Source of the DNA: Clostridia bacterium
Lineage (GTDB): Bacteria; Bacillota; Clostridia; Monoglobales; Monoglobaceae
Length of the DNA: 29,243 nt
Reading direction: 5' to 3'
Assembly: GCA_045537265.1 (NCBI GenBank)
Contig: JAZSPE010000104.1
Location: 1-29,243, forward strand
Under the pieces are notes generated by a model. The model had not been told where the DNA came from. It ran no database searches and saw only the letters and a list, made by a program, of their open reading frames with translations. Positions 25,117 through 29,243 of the stretch are shown here, piece by piece. How positions within the stretch are numbered: the first letter of the stretch is position 1; every line of letters begins with the position of its first letter. Both the position numbers and the translations under genes were made by a program.

Positions 25117-25133
25117 ATTACAAATCTGTTACA
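25117..25133 (-). promoter_or_regulatory. WalR-type binding box
   Basis: TGTAAC-AGATT-TGTAAT is an exact match to TGTWAH-N5-TGTWAH; an extra half-site TGTAAA lies at 25147-25142. Confidence 0.65.
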
Positions 25134-25139
25134 ATCCTA

Positions 25140-25168
25140 ATTTTACAATAAAGTTTTTAAAAAGTCAA
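25140..25168 (-). promoter_or_regulatory. Sigma-A promoter of the M23-walR-rlmH unit
   Basis: TTGACT, 17 bp, TAAAAT. Confidence 0.65.
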
Positions 25169-25172
25169 CCTT

Positions 25173-25940
25173 TTACTTGTTCATTTCATAGATTATACGA
25201 AGACCGTCAAGAGTCAATGTCTTATCAACAACATCTATGGTTTCACTTTCAGGAGCAATAAGGACAGAAAGCCCGCCCGTTGCAATAACCTTGCAGTCTT
25301 TTGTTCCGAGTTCTTCCTTGATTTTAGAAACAATTCTGTCAACCTGACCTGCCTGGCCGTATACTGCACCTGACTGCATTGAGGAAATTGTGTTTCTTCC
25401 GATTGCAGTCTGTGGCTTTTTAATTTCAACCCTCGGGAGCTTTGCTGCTCTCTCAAAAAGGGCGTTCATAGAAACCTTTACGCCGGGGGCAATAACGCCT
25501 CCTAAATAGTCCCCCTTTTCGTCAATGGCACAAAAAGTTGTAGCCGTTCCGAAATCAACTAAAACAAGAGGCTTGCCGTATTTATGAATAGCCGCAACGG
25601 CGTTTACAATTCGGTCTGCCCCCACTTCTTTCGGGTTATCATATTTGATGTTAAGACCTGTTTTAACCCCGGGGCCAACCACCATAGGTTCGTGTTTAAA
25701 ATACTTTCTTATTGCGTTGCAGAGAGAGTGCATAATAGGTGGCACAACGGAGGAAATTATAACGTCCTCGATTTGCGAAATGTCTATTCCGCTATGCTCT
25801 GTAAGCTGGCACAATGTTATGCCGATTTCGTCAGAGGTCTTATTTTTATCCGTTGAAATTCGCCAACTGTTTTTAAGCTCCGCTCCGTCAAAAAGCGCAA
25901 CAACTATATTTGTATTACCAACATCGATAGCTAAAATCAT
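25173..25940 (-). CDS. coaX: Type III pantothenate kinase
   Basis: [35 protein letters not shown]. Confidence 0.96.
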   Translation of the reverse strand: MILAIDVGNTNIVVALFDGAELKNSWRISTDKNKTSDEIGITLCQLTEHSGIDISQIEDVIISSVVPPIMHSLCNAIRKYFKHEPMVVGPGVKTGLNIKYDNPKEVGADRIVNAVAAIHKYGKPLVLVDFGTATTFCAIDEKGDYLGGVIAPGVKVSMNALFERAAKLPRVEIKKPQTAIGRNTISSMQSGAVYGQAGQVDRIVSKIKEELGTKDCKVIATGGLSVLIAPESETIDVVDKTLTLDGLRIIYEMNK

Positions 25941-25957
25941 TTACTTCCCCGCCTTAC

Positions 25958-26413
25958 CTAAAATTCTTTAAATTCTACCTTTATATTATTATCAACAGTT
26001 AAAACTGCATAGCTTCTTCTTGCACAGCCCGGATTGATTATTGTAACTCCCGCCTCTTCTGCTAAATCACGGCTGTGGGTATGACCGTAGATGCAAATAT
26101 CTGCCTCTTCTTCTTTTGCTCTTTTTAAAAGGGCGGCAGTGGAATACTTAACCCCGTATTTATGCCCGTGAGTCATGAAAACTTTCTTTCCGCCGAAAGT
26201 GAAAATTCTGTCCTCAGGGACACTTTTTACAAAGAAATCGTTATTGCCGATAACCTCTGCCACCGTAACTCTCGTGCAGGCAAGAGAAAACTCCTCAATG
26301 TCGCCGTGCATATCCCCTAAAAACATAACCATATCAATATCTTTTTCGTTTTCATAAGCCTCAATGAGATTCCCCACCGCTCCGTGAGAATCGCTAAGGA
26401 TAAGTGCTTTCAA
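25958..26413 (-). CDS. YfcE/YsnB-family metallophosphoesterase
   Basis: SDSHG, FLGD, GNND, THGH, GHTH and NPG motifs. TTG at 26413 has SD AGGAGTG and is preferred over GTG 26422. Confidence 0.9.
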   Translation of the reverse strand: MKALILSDSHGAVGNLIEAYENEKDIDMVMFLGDMHGDIEEFSLACTRVTVAEVIGNNDFFVKSVPEDRIFTFGGKKVFMTHGHKYGVKYSTAALLKRAKEEEADICIYGHTHSRDLAEEAGVTIINPGCARRSYAVLTVDNNIKVEFKEF

Positions 26414-26434
26414 ATCAATCACTCCTGAAAAATT

Positions 26435-26463
26435 ATTATAACACAGTTTTTTCTGTTTGTCAC
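26435..26463 (-). promoter_or_regulatory. Sigma-A promoter (extended -10) of the phosphoesterase-coaX unit
   Basis: GTGACA, 17 bp, TG-T-TATAAT. Confidence 0.65.
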
Positions 26464-26487
26464 TATTTTAGCGAAAATACATATAAT
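26459..26487 (+). promoter_or_regulatory. Candidate sigma-E promoter for the small-ORF unit
   Basis: GTCACTA-N14-CATATAAT. Confidence 0.4.
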
Positions 26488-26527
26488 ATATTGATAAAAA
26501 ATATTATGCAGGGAGGACTTTTCCTTT

Positions 26528-26749
26528 ATGAATATCGAAAAAATGTTAAGCTCTTTAACGCCGGAACAACTTGAAGCAGGGCTTCTTAAATTAAGCGGAG
26601 TTTTAACCCACGAACAAATGGCACAGGTTAAGAATGTTCTTAAAACGACAAGCCCCGACGAGCTTTCAGAGAAGCTTAAAAATGTTGATGTTGATAAGGT
26701 TAAAGGCAGTCCCGAGTTCTCTCAATTTTTCAAAAATAACGGGCAGTAA
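26528..26749 (+). CDS. Hypothetical small helical protein (73 aa)
   Basis: SD GGGAGG, clean ORF, repeated LTPEQL/LTHEQM/TSPDEL helix-start motifs. Confidence 0.75.
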   Translation: MNIEKMLSSLTPEQLEAGLLKLSGVLTHEQMAQVKNVLKTTSPDELSEKLKNVDVDKVKGSPEFSQFFKNNGQ

Positions 26750-26763
26750 AGGAGTCATTCATT

Positions 26764-27096
26764 ATGGAGGAAAACTTTGATTTTCAAGGAGCGGTGAATA
26801 AAATACAGGAAATGTTTCAGAGCGAAGAAGGGCGCGCACAGCTCGGGGGAATTATGGATATGTTTGGAAGTGGCTCCAAAGAAGAACAAAGCTCCTCTTC
26901 GGGCGGGTTTGACCCTTCTATGCTTTTAAAGATGCAAAAAATTCTTTCTATGAGCGGAGATAATAACAGCGAGAAAGCCAACCTCCTCCGCTCTCTTAAA
27001 CCTTTTTTAAAAGAAGAAAGACAGGGGAAAGTTGACAAGGCGATTCAGCTTATGAATATGTCTAAAATCATTTCCCTGTTTAAGGACGATTTTTAA
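26764..27096 (+). CDS. Hypothetical protein (110 aa), possibly sporulation-associated
   Basis: SD AAAGGAG; Ser/Gly-rich middle and C-terminal LLRSLKPFLKEERQGKVDKAI helix. Confidence 0.75.
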   Translation: MEENFDFQGAVNKIQEMFQSEEGRAQLGGIMDMFGSGSKEEQSSSSGGFDPSMLLKMQKILSMSGDNNSEKANLLRSLKPFLKEERQGKVDKAIQLMNMSKIISLFKDDF

Positions 27097-27108
27097 GGGG
27101 GTGATACT

Positions 27109-27459
27109 TTGTATATAAGATATAATAACTCTCCCTCCCAAAGTCAAAGTGCTTCTTACCCTCCGCCTAAAACACCAAATCCTCCTCACAAGACATCGCC
27201 TTGTCCTCAGATTGAAAGCAATTGCAAGGAGCATAAAAATAAAGAGGGATTTAAAAACCCTTTGAAGTTTCTCCCCAAAGAGATTTATAATTCCGACACC
27301 CATAAGTTTTTCGGCAAACTTTCAGGGGAGGACATCCTCATAATCGGCCTTATTCTTATGGTTCTGGACAGCGACTGCAAAGAAGACCTTTTCCTTGTTC
27401 TCGCCCTTTTATATGTCCTTTTGTCCGACTGGATTGATTTTGGTCATATCTTCTCTTAG
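27109..27459 (+). CDS. Hypothetical protein (116 aa) with Pro/Ser-rich N-terminus and hydrophobic C-terminal helix pair
   Basis: TTG start with SD AAGGGGGTGA; EDILIIGLILMVLDSDCKEDLFLVLALLYVLL. Confidence 0.72.
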   Translation: MYIRYNNSPSQSQSASYPPPKTPNPPHKTSPCPQIESNCKEHKNKEGFKNPLKFLPKEIYNSDTHKFFGKLSGEDILIIGLILMVLDSDCKEDLFLVLALLYVLLSDWIDFGHIFS

Positions 27460-27473
27460 TAGGGCATAAATAT
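27443..27473 (+). promoter_or_regulatory. Candidate sigma-E promoter for the sipL-like gene
   Basis: (G)TCATATC-N14-CATAAATAT, overlapping the 3' end of the upstream ORF. Confidence 0.5.
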
Positions 27474-27509
27474 ATACCAAACAATATATGACGAAACGAG
27501 GTAGGATAT

Positions 27510-29045
27510 ATGAATACGAGTCTTAAAAAACACGAGGTGCCCATTAAAGAAACAATCTGTTCGGACTACTTACAGACCAAGGCGGAATGCGATTTAATCG
27601 TCCCGGACGCAAAGCCTGATGTGTCAAAAATTTTGCAGGTCTCGGGGAAGGCAGTTATAACCCAGAAAAGCGTTCAGCAGGATAAAGCCTATGTTCAGGG
27701 GGTTATTCATCTGACCGTTATTTATCTCCCAGAAGGTTGCGGAATAAAGTCTATTTTCACAAAGCTTGATTTCAGCACTGTAATAGACGCCAAGGGAGCG
27801 GATCCCTCCGGGCATATCTGGGCAGAGGCAAACCTCGAAGAAATTGATTATTCCATTGTCAACAGCCGTAAGATAAACATTAAATGTGCAGTTGGAATTG
27901 ACACAAAAATCAGTCGGAAATGCAAAGCAGCAATCCCTGTCGGCTTAGAGGAAGACTGCTGTCTCCGTGCAAAATATTCTCCCTTAAAGCTCTCCTCCTC
28001 ATCTCCTGAGGAAGAACAGTTTTTCCGTTTTAGGGAAAGAGTTGAAATCTCGTCAGGAAAGCCTTCCATCTGTGAAGTCCTCAAAATAGACGCAAAGCCC
28101 GGCTTTATAGACATAAAGTGTCACGATGATAATGTTAATATTTCAGGAGACCTTGATCTCCGTGTTGTCTACACCGCCGAGGATGGAGCAATCTGCACTT
28201 TGGAGGAGACTCTCCCCTTTAACGAAACCTTAGAGGGCATCTCTCTCCCTGAGGGGAATGTCGACGGCTCTCTTTGTGTCTGCGACATTGCTTTCGATGT
28301 GGGCGAAACTATGGGAGATGACGGACGCCTTCTTAACATTGACCTTCTCATTTGTGCTACCCTTAAAACCAACGATACAGTTGAAATGGAAGCAATCTCC
28401 GACGCCTTTTCCGAGGAAGCTCCTGTATGCCTTTCCAAAAACAGCTATGAAATAGAATGTCTTATGGATAAAAGCGTGGCTCAGATTGCCCACAAGGAAA
28501 CCGTTTCTATCCCTGACTATCTCCCCCCGATCCACCGCATCTGCGATTGCAGCGGCGAGGCAAGGGTAACGGGCATCTCCTTAGAGGACGGCAAGGTCAA
28601 CATAGAGGGAGAAATTCTTTCCAATATTATATATGAATCAACTTCGGAAGAAACTCCTATCTCAGGAATGAGCCATATATGCTCCTTCTCTCAGAGTATT
28701 CTGATGCCCGGCGCTAAGGAAGACTCAATCTGTGAAGCAAAGATTGAGCTTGACAGCATAGGCTATAACATAAATTCCGACCGAAGCTACGAGCTCAGAT
28801 TTATTCCGGTTCTGACCACTATGATTCTTGCAAATAAAAGGCTGGAAACCATTGACGAAATATGCGAAGACAAAGATTCCGAGCCTATTTCCTTCTCTCC
28901 TGCGGTAATCTATTATGCCGACGAGGGAGAGTCTGTCTGGGACATCGCAAAGCACTTTTTTGTATCTCCCGAGACCATTCTCTCAAATAATCATATAGAT
29001 GGCGAGACCCTACATAGGGGGCAAAGAATCTGCATTTTTAAGTAA
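27510..29045 (+). CDS. sipL: SPOCS (DUF3794) x3 plus C-terminal LysM spore-coat morphogenetic protein, SipL-like
   Basis: Three repeated units (LIVPDAKPDVSKIL; VEISSGKPSICEVL; VSIPDYLPPIHRI) and C-terminal LysM YYADEGESVWDIAKHF…N. Confidence 0.8.
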   Translation: MNTSLKKHEVPIKETICSDYLQTKAECDLIVPDAKPDVSKILQVSGKAVITQKSVQQDKAYVQGVIHLTVIYLPEGCGIKSIFTKLDFSTVIDAKGADPSGHIWAEANLEEIDYSIVNSRKINIKCAVGIDTKISRKCKAAIPVGLEEDCCLRAKYSPLKLSSSSPEEEQFFRFRERVEISSGKPSICEVLKIDAKPGFIDIKCHDDNVNISGDLDLRVVYTAEDGAICTLEETLPFNETLEGISLPEGNVDGSLCVCDIAFDVGETMGDDGRLLNIDLLICATLKTNDTVEMEAISDAFSEEAPVCLSKNSYEIECLMDKSVAQIAHKETVSIPDYLPPIHRICDCSGEARVTGISLEDGKVNIEGEILSNIIYESTSEETPISGMSHICSFSQSILMPGAKEDSICEAKIELDSIGYNINSDRSYELRFIPVLTTMILANKRLETIDEICEDKDSEPISFSPAVIYYADEGESVWDIAKHFFVSPETILSNNHIDGETLHRGQRICIFK

Positions 29046-29049
29046 CCAT

Positions 29050-29090
29050 AAAAACAGTTCCAAAGCGCCTTTGGAACTGTTTTTATTTTT
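29050..29090 (+). terminator. Intrinsic terminator of the sipL-like gene
   Basis: 16-bp perfect stem AAAAACAGTTCCAAAG-CGC-CTTTGGAACTGTTTTT followed by ATTTTT. Confidence 0.88.
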
Positions 29091-29113
29091 TAAAGTTTTT
29101 TTGCGAAAAACTG

Positions 29114-29142
29114 TTGACAAAAGGACAAGTTTATGGTATTAT
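29114..29142 (+). promoter_or_regulatory. Sigma-A promoter of the tRNA gene
   Basis: TTGACA, 17 bp, TG-G-TATTAT, with an A/T-rich UP-like tract upstream. Confidence 0.8.
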
Positions 29143-29185
29143 ATCATTTGTCGGTCGCATCGACCGAAAATTAAATAGTTGGTAA

Positions 29186-29243
29186 GCTGGTGTAGCTCAA
29201 TTGGCAGAGCAGCTGATTTGTAATCAGCAGGTTGCGGGTTCGA
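29186..29243 (+). tRNA. tRNA-Thr(UGU), 3' end truncated by the window edge
   Basis: GCTGGTG acceptor stem, TAGCTCAATTGGCAGAGC D-arm, GCTGA-TT-TGT-AA-TCAGC anticodon arm, GGGTTCGA T-loop. Confidence 0.96.

Noticed and set aside
1-29243. Mobile elements, prophage, toxin-antitoxin, defence systems, rRNA
   Set aside because: No integrase, transposase, phage or cas motifs were seen, and there is no obvious compositional island. The mazG here has no mazEF context.

Overview
A housekeeping, cell-envelope and sporulation region from a spore-forming Clostridia (Bacillota) chromosome, mostly on the minus strand. In window order it holds: the start of the dcw cluster (mraZ-rsmH-ftsL-like-spoVD/ftsI-murE-murF, with murE split by a 1-nt frameshift); comF and rny; a surface-polysaccharide operon (murJ, O-antigen-ligase family, GT4, two DUF4330-like genes) running into yabM-like flippase, mazG and an S4 protein; typA; mscL; a triple-SLH surface protein; mreB/mbl; rlmH; a WalR-like regulator with no kinase; an M23/LysM/G5 peptidase; coaX; a metallophosphoesterase; a divergent putative spore-coat unit (three small ORFs plus a SipL-like SPOCS/LysM protein); and a truncated tRNA-Thr(UGU). 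I found no mobile element, CRISPR array or defence system. The most notable observations are the murE frameshift, a probable ATA start for RNase Y, a hairpin-bridged split RBS before spoVD, the orphan walR with a perfect WalR box in its operon promoter, a MazG with a degenerate second active site, and the uncharacterised three-gene unit next to sipL. Family assignments come from recognising motifs by eye; no database search was run.
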